A stretch of 64,000 nt of DNA from Candidatus Eiseniibacteriota bacterium (GTDB lineage: Bacteria > Eisenbacteria > RBG-16-71-46 > CAIMUX01 > VGJL01). The DNA lies in contig CAWBWI010000003.1 of NCBI GenBank assembly GCA_963792585.1, positions 288,001 through 352,000 on the forward strand. The letters run 5' to 3'. The notes under the pieces were generated by a model. The model searched no databases. It had not been told where the DNA came from and saw only the letters and a list, made by a program, of their open reading frames with translations. Positions 19,031-28,639 of the stretch are shown one piece after another (position 1 is the first letter of the stretch; every line of letters begins with the position of its first letter). The translations under genes and the position numbers were made by a program.

Positions 19031-21868
19031 CTACCACGTTTCCGTCAGTTCATCGATGACCTGGCCGTTTTCGTCATAGGTCACCCTGGAGCCGTGGCCG
19101 TTCTCCCAATTGATTTCCGATTGAATGTGCCACTCGGCCGGCTCACCCGTCCAAACGTACTCCTTGAAGAAACCGGTCTTGCAGTCTTCGGAGACGTGCG
19201 TTTCCGTCTTGGAGGATTCGGGAATGATCCAGGTGACGTCCTGCGAGTTGTCGGTGTTCTTCGCCCAGGTGATCTGCGACGAGAGGGTTCCGGCTTCAGC
19301 CACGTCGCCATCGTAGAAGCTCCAAGTTCCCGACTTGCCGTCTTCGGAGACGATCCAGGTCCAGCTGCTGATGACGGTGGTGGTGTTGTCGTCGTAGAGC
19401 CGGAGCGCGCCGCTCGTGCCGGTTTCATTGTCCATCGTTCCGCGAAGCGCGACCCAATTGGAGTAGTTGGACCCGTCGCAATTGCCATTCAAGGTGAGGG
19501 TCCACTCCCAGCCATCGCCGTTCCGGCAGACCCGGTACACGGCCGTGCAACCTACCTCGTAGTCGTAGGTCCAGGTGTAGCAACCGCCGCCCTCATCCGT
19601 CCAGTCCGCTCCCTGGAGAGGCAAGAGGAACGAATTGGCCACGGAGGCGATGATGGCGGCGAAGTTGAGGTTCAACTGAACGACCTGCTGCGCCGCCAAT
19701 GCGTTGGGGTCGGTGTTGTCGAAATTGACGCAGGTGCTGATGTCAGGAACGGGGAATGCGGGGAGGTTCACCCCTCCGGTAACGGTGAAGGGCGTCGACG
19801 CGCAGTTGTTCGTCTCGTCCCCTTCGGTAACCTCGCCGGCGATATCCGCGCACGCCTCCACGGTGTGGTTGCCGAGGGTCGCGGTTCCGAGGTTGCAGTT
19901 GACGATGACGCTGGAGCCCTCCGGCAGAGAGGAAGTATTGATCTCGGCGCACGTGCTGGCGCCGTCTAGGCGAACACGCGTCTTGCTTCCCCCTGCGAGA
20001 GTGCCTCCGGCGTTCCGGACGGTGACGACGGCCGAGACCGGCTGTCCCTCGGTCGGATTGGGCGGCGTGATGGAGATTTCGTCGATCACGAGATCCGCCT
20101 GGGTGACGACGGCCGTCACGTCCAGGTTCACGGTAAGGCAGTTGTTCGCCTCGCTCGATTCCGTGATGGTGGAACCGGCATCCGCGCACCCCTCGATGGA
20201 GTATGTGCCTGCGTCGAGCGTGCCGAGGGCACAGTCGACGGACAGGGTCTCGCCGGCAGGAATTGTCGCAGTCGCGATGCTCGAGCAACGTGACGTGCCG
20301 TCAACCGATGTCGAGGTGATGCTCGCAGCGGCCGCGCCCGTGCCCTGGTTCCGCACGACAACGTGGGCGGTGACCGGTTCCGCGGATGTCGGCTGGGCGG
20401 GGGTGAAGCTGATCGAGTCGACGATCAGGTCGGGGATGCTCGGCGCGACGACCGTGAGGTCCACGCTCAGGCAGTTGTTGTTCTCGACCGATTCCGTGAT
20501 CGCGGAACCGGCGTCGGCACACGCGTTGATGGCGTGCGTGCCGGCGCTCAGCGTGCCGAGATCACAGTCGACGGAAACACTCTGCCCGACAGGAATCGCC
20601 GCCGTAGCGATGCTCGCGCACTGTGGCGTGCCGTCAATTGAGGTCGACGAGACGCTTGCGGCGGCCGCGCCCGTGCCCTGGTTCTGGACGACAATGTGGG
20701 CCGTGACAGCCTCGCCGCTCGTCGGCTGCGCAGGCGTGAACGTGATCGACGAGATCGTCAAGTCGGGCGTGTCCGGGGGACTGACGGTGAAGTTGGCGGT
20801 GAGACAGTTGTTCGTCTCATTCAACTCGGTCACGGCCGAACCGGCGTCGGCGCAGGCCTCCGCTGTGTGGGCGCCGGTCTCGAAGATCCCGAGTTCGCAG
20901 TCGACGGTAACCGTGCCGCCCGCGGGGACACTCACCGTGGCGATGCTCGAGCACTCCGGAGTCCCATCGACTTCCGTCGACGTGATGGTCGCCTCAGCTG
21001 CTGCGGCACCCAGGTTTCGGACGACGACGTGCGCCGTGACCGCCTCACCGGTTGCCGGCTGCGCGGGTGTGAACGTGACCGACTCGATCGTCAAGTCTGG
21101 CATGTCCGGGGGACTGACTGTGAAGTCGGCGGTGAGGCAGTTGTTCGTCTCGTCCGACTCGGTCACGGTCGTGCCGGCGTCGGCGCATGCGTTCGCCGCG
21201 TGCGATCCCGGCTCCAGGGTCCCGAGTTCGCAGTCGACGGTGACCGTGCCGCCCGCGGGGACGCTCGCCGTGGCAATGCTCGAGCACTCAGGAGACCCAT
21301 CGACCGCCGTCGACGTGACGGTGGCCACGGCCTCGGCAGTGCCTTGGTTCCGGACCGTGACGTGCGCGGTCACGGGATCGTCCGGTCCCGCGGGGTCGGG
21401 GGAGAATGTAATCGATTGTACAAGGAGATCGGGCGTTGGCGGCGCCGCGACGGTTAGGTTCGCGGTGCGGCTATTGTTCGACTCGTCCGATTCGCTGATC
21501 GCGCCGGCGACATCCACGGTCGCTTCGAGTGTGTATGCGCCGGCAGTCTGGCCACCGATGTCGCACGTGACCGTCGCCTGCTGTGTCTTTGCAATAGCGG
21601 GCGTCGCGATGGCAGCGCAGGATGTTGTGCCGTTCACCTTGAGCCTGGTGGCGCAGGCGGCCGCGTCCGCTTCGCCCGTGTTCGCGACGGTGATGGTCAC
21701 CGTGATCGGTTCGTCCGTCTGGGGGCTGGCCGGGCTCCAGGTGATGCTCAGGACGGTCAGGTCCGCCTGGTCAGGTTTGGATGGATTGTTATCGTCTCCA
21801 CAAGACGTCAGGAAGAGGGGCAACGCGAGCATACAGAGGATCGCGAGTCCCCAGGATTTGCGAATCAT
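19031..21868 (-). CDS. Lipoprotein with six tandem CARDB (Ig-like) domains
   Basis: Lipobox LTSC; six units of about 110 aa (DL.(V/I)..I...P / V.N.G / E..E.NN). Confidence 0.85.
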   Translation of the reverse strand: MIRKSWGLAILCMLALPLFLTSCGDDNNPSKPDQADLTVLSITWSPASPQTDEPITVTITVANTGEADAAACATRLKVNGTTSCAAIATPAIAKTQQATVTCDIGGQTAGAYTLEATVDVAGAISESDESNNSRTANLTVAAPPTPDLLVQSITFSPDPAGPDDPVTAHVTVRNQGTAEAVATVTSTAVDGSPECSSIATASVPAGGTVTVDCELGTLEPGSHAANACADAGTTVTESDETNNCLTADFTVSPPDMPDLTIESVTFTPAQPATGEAVTAHVVVRNLGAAAAEATITSTEVDGTPECSSIATVSVPAGGTVTVDCELGIFETGAHTAEACADAGSAVTELNETNNCLTANFTVSPPDTPDLTISSITFTPAQPTSGEAVTAHIVVQNQGTGAAAASVSSTSIDGTPQCASIATAAIPVGQSVSVDCDLGTLSAGTHAINACADAGSAITESVENNNCLSVDLTVVAPSIPDLIVDSISFTPAQPTSAEPVTAHVVVRNQGTGAAAASITSTSVDGTSRCSSIATATIPAGETLSVDCALGTLDAGTYSIEGCADAGSTITESSEANNCLTVNLDVTAVVTQADLVIDEISITPPNPTEGQPVSAVVTVRNAGGTLAGGSKTRVRLDGASTCAEINTSSLPEGSSVIVNCNLGTATLGNHTVEACADIAGEVTEGDETNNCASTPFTVTGGVNLPAFPVPDISTCVNFDNTDPNALAAQQVVQLNLNFAAIIASVANSFLLPLQGADWTDEGGGCYTWTYDYEVGCTAVYRVCRNGDGWEWTLTLNGNCDGSNYSNWVALRGTMDNETGTSGALRLYDDNTTTVISSWTWIVSEDGKSGTWSFYDGDVAEAGTLSSQITWAKNTDNSQDVTWIIPESSKTETHVSEDCKTGFFKEYVWTGEPAEWHIQSEINWENGHGSRVTYDENGQVIDELTETW
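19780..21770 (-). repeat. Six intragenic repeats of about 330 bp encoding CARDB domains
   Basis: Near-identical DNA blocks, e.g. cccgagttcgcagtcgacggt.accgtgccgcccgcggggac at about 20888 and 21221; boundaries approximate. Confidence 0.8.
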
Positions 21869-22076
21869 CTCAACTCCTTTCCATGACGATCATGCCGGGT
21901 TCTCTCGGTACGGGTGATATGCATCCGGCGAGGGTCGCCATGATCGCTGTGAACTTTCCTCTACTTATAAGCGGTCGCCATGCCCGCGGCCGGCGACGAC
22001 AGGGCTTGAGGTAACGGGAGTTTACAGGCAGCCGAAAGCCACCGGCAAGGAGGGAATCCGCCGGAGAGGGCGACAT

Positions 22077-23447
22077 CTACTCGATGGCGAACTTCTCCAT
22101 CCGGTAGAGCAGAACATGTCGGGGGATACCGAGATACTCGGCTGTTCGCGTCCGATTCCCTCCCTGCTTGGCCAGGGCTCGGACGATCAGCTCCCGTTCG
22201 AGACCGGGCAAACTCATGTGGTCCTCCGGCAGCTCCCCGAGGAGACTGGATGATGTGACCGGAGCGGGGCCGGTCAACGCCTCGTCACTCGGGAGCATCC
22301 CCTCCTCGTCCAGCGTGTCGGAGAGTCTCAAGAGAACAGTCCGCTGGCAGAAGTTGGCGAGTTCTCGAACGTTGCCGGGCCAGGTACGGCGCATCAAAGC
22401 CCGGATGAGGCCGGGCGTCGAGCGGATGGATACGCCGTCCGCGTACTTTCGCACGAAATGCTCCCAGAGGGCCGGTATGTCCTCGAGCCGCTCGCGGAGG
22501 GGTGGAATGTGGATCGGGATTACGTTGAGGCGATAGTAAAGGTCGCTCCGAAACAATCCTTCGCGCACGCGCGCGCCGAGATCGGTGTTCGTGGCCGCGA
22601 TCAGACGGACGTCGACCTGAACGGGAGTTGTTCCACCTACGACGTCGACGAGGCGGGTTTCGATCACACGGAGCAGCTTCGTCTGGAGATCGGCCTGTAG
22701 ATCTCCGATTTCGTCGAGGAAGAGCGTCCCTTTGTCTGCGCGCTGGAACTTGCCCGGCTTGTCGGTTACCGCCCCCGTGAATGCACCGCGGGCGTGCCCG
22801 AACAATTCGGATTCCATCAAGTCGCGCGGGATCGCTGCGCAGTTGATCGCTACGAACGGCCGATCCCAACGATCCGACAATCCGTGGAGGGCCTGAGCGA
22901 TGACTTCCTTTCCGGTGCCGCTCTCGCCCGTGATCAACGCTGTTGCATCCGTGGGAGCGATCCGCTTGACCATTTCCAGGAGTTGCGCGCTCGCCTCGGA
23001 AGCGTGGACGAACTCGAATCGACGCGTCTGCTCCCGAAGCCGTTCACGAAGTTCCTTATTCTCCCGAATGAGCCTGCGCTGCTCTGTGGCTTTCTCGACG
23101 GTTAGCTTCAGCTCGTCGCGATTGAACGGCTTGGTCAGATAATCGTGGGCGCCGCGCTTCATCGCCTCGACGGCGTCTTCGATCGAGCCGAATGCGGTGA
23201 GGATGATGACGGGAATGGTCGGATCACTCTGGTGCACGCGCTCGAGCACACCGAGGCCGTCCATGCCCGGCATCTTCAGGTCGGTGACGACGACATCAGG
23301 GGCGGCGTCGGCGAGACCCGCCAATGCGCTCTTCCCGTCCGCGTACGCGCTGACTTCGTGCCCTTGTTCACGCAGTGCGAAGGCGAGCACCTCCCTGAGG
23401 TTCGCGTCATCATCGATCAAGAGAACCTTGGACATCATGCGCCTCAC
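22077..23447 (-). CDS. Sigma-54-dependent response regulator (NtrC/ZraR family enhancer-binding protein)
   Basis: Receiver (LIDDD, DLKMP), GESGTGKE, ESELFGH, GAFTGA, FLDEIG, WPGNVREL, C-terminal Fis-type HTH. Confidence 0.95.
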   Translation of the reverse strand: MRRMMSKVLLIDDDANLREVLAFALREQGHEVSAYADGKSALAGLADAAPDVVVTDLKMPGMDGLGVLERVHQSDPTIPVIILTAFGSIEDAVEAMKRGAHDYLTKPFNRDELKLTVEKATEQRRLIRENKELRERLREQTRRFEFVHASEASAQLLEMVKRIAPTDATALITGESGTGKEVIAQALHGLSDRWDRPFVAINCAAIPRDLMESELFGHARGAFTGAVTDKPGKFQRADKGTLFLDEIGDLQADLQTKLLRVIETRLVDVVGGTTPVQVDVRLIAATNTDLGARVREGLFRSDLYYRLNVIPIHIPPLRERLEDIPALWEHFVRKYADGVSIRSTPGLIRALMRRTWPGNVRELANFCQRTVLLRLSDTLDEEGMLPSDEALTGPAPVTSSSLLGELPEDHMSLPGLERELIVRALAKQGGNRTRTAEYLGIPRHVLLYRMEKFAIE

Positions 23448-24529
23448 TCTCGCTCGAGCGGCAGCTCACACTCGACGATCCCTCCGCCGTCGGTGTGATT
23501 GCGGACCGTGATCGTCCCGCCGTGGAGCGCGACGATCCGGTGCGAAACGGCCAGCCCAAGACCGGTTCCCTGCTCCTTGGTTGTGTAGAAGGGTGTGAAT
23601 GCGTTTTCGATGGCCTCCTGCGAGAATCCAGGCCCGGAATCCCGGACGATCAACCGGCAGAATCCACGCGACGAGGAGCAGGAAACCCGCACCAGACCAC
23701 CCTGGCCACCCTGGCCGGCCGACTGGGACGCATTGAGAAGGATGTTGAGAAGGACCTGACGGAGTTGTTCCCGATCCCCTCGGATGAGAACGGGCGGAGA
23801 CGGGTCGACTTCGAATCGCACGCTCCGTACCTCCGCCTGGCCCTGGATGAGGGCAAGGACAGCCTCTAGTTCAGCCCGGATGTCGAAGACCGACCGTTCG
23901 AGGGCCCTGGGTCGTGCGAAGGCCAGGAATCGGGATAGGACGTTGTTCAGGCGTACCGATTCGTCGATGAGCACCCGCAAGAGTTTGCGCTTGGGATGGT
24001 CGGGCGGAAAGTCGTCGGCGAGGATCTCCGCCGATCCCTTGATCGATGCGAGCGGGTTGCGGATTTCGTGTGCGAGCCCCGCGGACATACGACCGATCGC
24101 GGCAAGTTTCGCAGCTTGGACGAGTTGGTCCTCGGTGTCACGAAGCTGCGTAATGCTCCCCTCGAGATCGTGCTGGGCCCCCTTCAGTCGGGACACCAGG
24201 GAACCGGTGATCCCGCCGACGGCGAAGTAGAGGACCATCTCGAGCACCTTCTGAAGCGGCAATGCGGGATCATGGGAAATGATGCCCAGGAGGTGGAATG
24301 CGTGTGGGACGTAGAGCGCAACGACGACGGCCGCGGCGATCAATCCGCCGGTCAGTCCGTGGGCGAATGCGGCGAATATGATCGGAAGATAGTAGAGTCT
24401 GCGGTAGATATCGTGCAGATAGTGTTTATGGGTCGGGGCGAGATAGTGGAGGACGGAAATCACCCCAATTGCGAGATAGATGACGACGTCGCGCCAGTGG
24501 AGCCGCAACCAATGGCGGGGCGAATTCAC
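23444..24529 (-). CDS. Sensor histidine kinase, cognate of the sigma-54 regulator
   Basis: About four N-terminal TMs with His-rich loops, LAHEIRNPL, NILLNA, DSGPG, FYTTK, GTGLGL; GTG 24529 overlaps the upstream stop. Confidence 0.92.
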   Translation of the reverse strand: MNSPRHWLRLHWRDVVIYLAIGVISVLHYLAPTHKHYLHDIYRRLYYLPIIFAAFAHGLTGGLIAAAVVVALYVPHAFHLLGIISHDPALPLQKVLEMVLYFAVGGITGSLVSRLKGAQHDLEGSITQLRDTEDQLVQAAKLAAIGRMSAGLAHEIRNPLASIKGSAEILADDFPPDHPKRKLLRVLIDESVRLNNVLSRFLAFARPRALERSVFDIRAELEAVLALIQGQAEVRSVRFEVDPSPPVLIRGDREQLRQVLLNILLNASQSAGQGGQGGLVRVSCSSSRGFCRLIVRDSGPGFSQEAIENAFTPFYTTKEQGTGLGLAVSHRIVALHGGTITVRNHTDGGGIVECELPLERE

Positions 24530-25071
24530 TTCTTCGCCGACGGGGGCCATACGACCGTGAAGACGACGTCAGATTCGGAGCCCTTGAACCCCTTGATGGT
24601 GACGGTGGCGGTGGCGTCGCCCAAGGACTTGGACAGATCGATCTTCCCGAAGACGCGATCCTGCGGGATCAGCTCCATCCCCCCGCAAGCTTCGCACCTA
24701 CCCGGTTTCGTCTGTGCGACTTCAGCGTGCATCGGACAGAAGAAGAGGATCTTTTCACCCTCCTTTGGGGAATCGAGCGAGAGGGGAACCTCTACCCCCG
24801 GGGAGCCCTTGACCGTCACGATGGCCGCGGCCTTGACGCGTTGCATCAGCATCGGCGCCATCTGTGGGTCGTACAGATAGACGGACACTCCGCTGGAAGA
24901 GAAGACGGTCTCGAATGCGTGCGCCTTCGTCTTGGTGAGGATGCCGTCGTGAGGCCCCACGGGGGAAGTCGGTACCGGCGGGGTCGAGTCTTCACCCGAG
25001 CGAACGACGCCAGGGAGGGCTAGAATGACCAATGCCACGAGAGCACAGCGAATACTTGGAAAGAGTCTCAT
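24526..25071 (-). CDS. Secreted protein with heavy-metal-binding domain
   Basis: Signal peptide; GPHDG; FFCPMHAEV...PGRCEACGGMEL motif. Confidence 0.75.
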   Translation of the reverse strand: MRLFPSIRCALVALVILALPGVVRSGEDSTPPVPTSPVGPHDGILTKTKAHAFETVFSSSGVSVYLYDPQMAPMLMQRVKAAAIVTVKGSPGVEVPLSLDSPKEGEKILFFCPMHAEVAQTKPGRCEACGGMELIPQDRVFGKIDLSKSLGDATATVTIKGFKGSESDVVFTVVWPPSAKK

Positions 25072-25081
25072 AGTAGTTTCC

Positions 25082-25630
25082 TCACACCCGCTCCACCATC
25101 CCGATGCAGTCGAGGGGGCAGGATGCGGCGCACGTTCCGCAGCCGTAACATTCTTCCATCGACAGAGCGAGTCTGCCTCCGACGATGGCGCGGGCACCGA
25201 AGTGGCAAACGTCCACACAGCCGCCGCAATCGTTGCATTCGGAGACGTTCGTTCGCTCGATGAACCGGCCTTTGTCGCATCGTTCCTCTTTGTTCAGGAA
25301 ATACCCGCAGCAGTCGTCGCAGCAAAAGCAGATCCCCTCGGTGGCAGTTCGGTCCTCCCACCCGCGGAACGGTCGGGCAACGAGCCGATGTTCCCGCGCT
25401 TCGCAGAGGATCTCCTCGACCTGCGCGCGGGTGATGGGATGCAGACCGGACGGGTCGGCCGCGGTTCGCTCCAGGAATTGAAGGCAGACGTCAGTCCGGC
25501 TGCGACCGCAGGCGCCCCTCGATACCCGGCAGCCGCAGTTCGAGACCCAGAACTGGTCCCGGGAACTCACCAGCGACGCCGCTTCTTCCCAGGTACAGAC
25601 ATAGTGGAGGGCGGGCTCGGTCTGGCTCAT
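25082..25630 (-). CDS. 4Fe-4S dicluster ferredoxin-like protein
   Basis: CGCR...C...C, ICFCCDDCC and two C-x2-C-x2-C-x3-C motifs (CNDCGGCVDVC, CYGCGTCAASCP); start ATG 25630 with GGAGG upstream. Confidence 0.85.
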   Translation of the reverse strand: MSQTEPALHYVCTWEEAASLVSSRDQFWVSNCGCRVSRGACGRSRTDVCLQFLERTAADPSGLHPITRAQVEEILCEAREHRLVARPFRGWEDRTATEGICFCCDDCCGYFLNKEERCDKGRFIERTNVSECNDCGGCVDVCHFGARAIVGGRLALSMEECYGCGTCAASCPLDCIGMVERV

Positions 25631-25658
25631 GGGCACCTCCGGAGGTTGTACCGTCCGG

Positions 25659-25705
25659 TGGAGAATATTCTCCAATTCGGCCGCGGTCCCGGAGGATTTT
25701 CTACA
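25659..25705. promoter_or_regulatory. Putative tandem upstream activator sites for the sigma-54 regulator
   Basis: Perfect 16-bp palindrome TGGAGAATATTCTCCA (25659-25674) and a degenerate copy CGGAGGATTTTCTACA (25690-25705), 31 bp apart. Confidence 0.6.
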
Positions 25706-25815
25706 ACTCTCGGGCCCCCGGACAGATCGGGAGACGGCTCGCACGAGGGCACCGCGTAACATATTGTCCTATCATGCGTTAGAGGCCCACAAAAACCCTG
25801 CTTCGAGCGCGGGGA

Positions 25816-25830
25816 TGGCACGACCCCTGC
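25816..25830 (+). promoter_or_regulatory. Sigma-54 (-24/-12) promoter of the cusCBA-copA operon
   Basis: TGGCACGACCCCTGC fits TGGCACG-N4-(T)TGC with exact GG-N10-GC spacing; ends 25 bp before the ATG, which has a GGAGG RBS. Confidence 0.75.
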
Positions 25831-25854
25831 CTAGGGCCACGAGGGAGGTATTCA

Positions 25855-27114
25855 ATGCTGCACCGAGTCCGGCCGGTAGCGCTCTTATTGGGGGTCGCCG
25901 CGTCGCTCGCAGCCGGGCTCGCGCCGGCCGCGTCCCTCGACTCGCTGGTCGTGGTCGCGATGCACGAGAACTCCCGGTTGCAGTCACTGGAATCGGCTTG
26001 GCGCGCGGCGCTGGAACGAGTTCCCCGGGCCGCCGCCCTGCCCGATCCGATGCTCGAGTGGAAGGCGGAGGCCTCGCCCCTGCGGCGACCGGCTCCCGGC
26101 AACGCGGGATCTCAGAAGATCGCAGTGAGTCAGATGCTGATGTTCCCTGGAAAGCGCGGCGCGATGCGCTCGGGGATGGAGGCGGAGGCGGAGATGGCGA
26201 GGGCGCAACTTGACCGCGCGCGACTGGAAGTCGCCGCCGAGCTCCATCGGGCCTACTACGATCTCTACCTCCTCTTCGAGTCGGCGGATATCCTCGATAC
26301 CGATCGGGAGGCACTGCACGCGATGGCCGAGGTTGCACGCACGAAATACGAGGTCGGTACGGCCATGCAGCAGGATTTGTTGAAGGCGAATGTAGAACTG
26401 GCGATGGAGGAGAACCGCCTGGCCATTTTCCGTGCGCGGATACCCGCAGCCATCGCCCGTATCAACGCAGTCCTGAACCGGCCGATGGACGCACCGGTTG
26501 AGAGACCGGTCCTTGGCGACACAACCGCGGTTTGGCCGGGATGGGCGGCGCTCGAGCAAACCGCGCTCACACGTCAACCGATGCTTCGCATGAAGGATCA
26601 GGCGATCGCGAAGGGGGAATCCGATCGTCGTCTCGCGGGGAAGGCGGGGTGGCCCGATCTGACCGTCGGCGTCGAGTATATGGCGGAGCGGGACATGGAA
26701 GACGCGGTGACCTGGATGGCGGGAATCAACCTGCCGATCTGGCGGCGTGGCCGCGTGGCGTCGGCGAAGCGTGAGGCGGATCAGGCGCTTGCCGCAGCCC
26801 GCACGGACAGGTTGCAGACGGGGAACGAGACGGCGTTCATGGTCCGGGACGCCTACACGATGGCGACGACCATGCGGTCTCAGGTCGCTCTCTACCGCGA
26901 CGCCGTTCTTCCCCAGGCTGCGCAGGCGCTGGGGTCGACCCGCGCCACCTACGAAACGAACGGGACCGAATTCATGATGTATTTGGACACGCAGCGTTCG
27001 CTCCTCCAGGCGCGACTGATGTACGTGGAGGCGCTCGCAGAATTCATGAAAGCCCGAGCCGAACTCGGCCTCGCAGTCGGCGAGCCGACCTTGTTGGGGG
27101 TGAAGGATGAGTGA
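25855..27114 (+). CDS. TolC/CusC-family outer-membrane efflux protein
   Basis: Signal peptide, LPDP, Q..MFPGK, AYYDL, INLPIW, Met-rich; first gene of a CBA efflux operon. Confidence 0.88.
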   Translation: MLHRVRPVALLLGVAASLAAGLAPAASLDSLVVVAMHENSRLQSLESAWRAALERVPRAAALPDPMLEWKAEASPLRRPAPGNAGSQKIAVSQMLMFPGKRGAMRSGMEAEAEMARAQLDRARLEVAAELHRAYYDLYLLFESADILDTDREALHAMAEVARTKYEVGTAMQQDLLKANVELAMEENRLAIFRARIPAAIARINAVLNRPMDAPVERPVLGDTTAVWPGWAALEQTALTRQPMLRMKDQAIAKGESDRRLAGKAGWPDLTVGVEYMAERDMEDAVTWMAGINLPIWRRGRVASAKREADQALAAARTDRLQTGNETAFMVRDAYTMATTMRSQVALYRDAVLPQAAQALGSTRATYETNGTEFMMYLDTQRSLLQARLMYVEALAEFMKARAELGLAVGEPTLLGVKDE

Positions 27115-28627
27115 CGGGCGCAATGCGAGCAGTTGGCGCCAGCGCGCATGGATGTTCTTCCGGATCCTGAACGTGCGGCTCCGCTTCATCTTGCTCATGG
27201 TCGCGACGGGTCTCGTCGCAGCCCAATGGGACAACATCGTCGCCCACTGGGAGAGGTGGACGCGATCAACGCACGTCGCGGTCGGGGAGTCCCGGCAAGG
27301 GATCGAGTTCTACTGCCCGATGCATCCAAGTGTCGTCCGCTCCGAATCCGGGAACTGCCCAATCTGCGGGATGCCGCTCGTGAAGCGCGCCAGAGGCGAG
27401 AGGGCCGCGCTGCCGGAGGGAGTTCTGGGCCGGGTGCAACTCTCCCCCTACCGAATTCAGCTTGGCGGAATCGCAACGAGCGAGGTGACCTCGCAGGCGA
27501 TCGGCGGCTCCATCCGCACCGTGGGAACGATAGACGCCGATGAGAGGAGAACGGCGCACATCTCCGCCCGCGTCGCGGGGAGGATCGAGAAGTTGCACGT
27601 CGACTTCACGGGAGAACGCGTCGAGAAGGGGTCGCCTCTCGTCGATCTCTACAGCCCGGAGTTGATGACAACGCAACGGGAGTACCTCCTCGCACGGGGC
27701 GCGCTCGACCGCGCAATCGCGGGTGGCGTGGCCACGACGATCGCCTCGGCGCAAGCGGTCTTCGATGCCACTCACCAGCGGCTGCGGTTCTGGGGCATCA
27801 ACGATGCACAGCTGGCGGAACTGGAGGGGGATGGTCAGCCGAATCCACGTCAGACGATCCTCGCCCCCGTCTCGGGCATCGTGACACAGAAGAACGTCCT
27901 CGCCGGTCAATCGGTGATGGAAGGGGACGATCTCTACACGATCGCGGATCTGTCAGGAGTTTGGATGAACGCATCCGTGTTCGAAGCTGACATCTCGAGG
28001 ATCAAGGTGGGACAGGAAGTCACCGTCACCGCTGGAGCTCTGCCGGGACGGAACTTCGAGGGGAAGATCGGTTTCGTCGCGCCCACCATGGACCCGGCGA
28101 CGCGGACGGCCACGGTTCGTGTCGACATCTCGAATCCCGACCTCGCGCTGAAACCGGGAATGTACGTAGACGCGGACATCGCTGCCGCCGAGAGGAACGA
28201 CGCCGGCGCGAGGTCTACGGTCGCGCGGTCGTACTACACCTGCCCCATGCATCCGCAGATCGTACGCGACGGGCCGGCTGACTGTCCCATTTGCGGGATG
28301 CATCTGGTCAAGGTCGAGGCGAGGGCTGCAGGAGTATCCCTTGCTGTCCCGGAGAGCGCGGTCATCGACACCGGAACACGCAAGGTGGTCTACCTCGAGC
28401 GCGAACCGGGAACCTTCGATGCGGTCTCCGTGGAGCTCGGCCCGCGGGCCGGCGGATTCTACACCGTGCTTGGCGGCCTTTCCGAAGGGGACCGTGTCGT
28501 CACGCAGGGAGCATTCCTCGTGGACGCCGAGAATCGACTCAATCCGGCCGCCGCCGGCACCTATTTCGGCGCGACGGGAAGTCCCGCAAAGAACGGTGGT
28601 GATATCCCACCGAGTCATACGCACTAA
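27107..28627 (+). CDS. cusB: CusB-like RND periplasmic adaptor with two heavy-metal-binding domains
   Basis: YCPMHP...CPICGM twice, GRIEKL, YSPEL, LKPGMY, VPESAVIDTG. Confidence 0.9.
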   Translation: MSDGRNASSWRQRAWMFFRILNVRLRFILLMVATGLVAAQWDNIVAHWERWTRSTHVAVGESRQGIEFYCPMHPSVVRSESGNCPICGMPLVKRARGERAALPEGVLGRVQLSPYRIQLGGIATSEVTSQAIGGSIRTVGTIDADERRTAHISARVAGRIEKLHVDFTGERVEKGSPLVDLYSPELMTTQREYLLARGALDRAIAGGVATTIASAQAVFDATHQRLRFWGINDAQLAELEGDGQPNPRQTILAPVSGIVTQKNVLAGQSVMEGDDLYTIADLSGVWMNASVFEADISRIKVGQEVTVTAGALPGRNFEGKIGFVAPTMDPATRTATVRVDISNPDLALKPGMYVDADIAAAERNDAGARSTVARSYYTCPMHPQIVRDGPADCPICGMHLVKVEARAAGVSLAVPESAVIDTGTRKVVYLEREPGTFDAVSVELGPRAGGFYTVLGGLSEGDRVVTQGAFLVDAENRLNPAAAGTYFGATGSPAKNGGDIPPSHTH

Positions 28628-28639
28628 AGGCGGCGGGGA

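Noticed and set aside
19780..21770. Repeats considered as a CRISPR array or DGR template/variable pair
   Set aside because: Units are about 330-bp in-frame protein domains; there are no spacers, cas genes or reverse transcriptase in the window.
19704..21917. 737-aa ORF antisense to the CARDB lipoprotein
   Set aside because: Mirrors the repeats of the real gene; a stop-poor antisense frame is expected at this composition.
21971..21985. Possible sigma-54 promoter (GGCAT..CCGC, minus strand) upstream of the CARDB gene
   Set aside because: GG-N10-GC spacing is present but the flanking consensus is poor; likely chance at this GC content.
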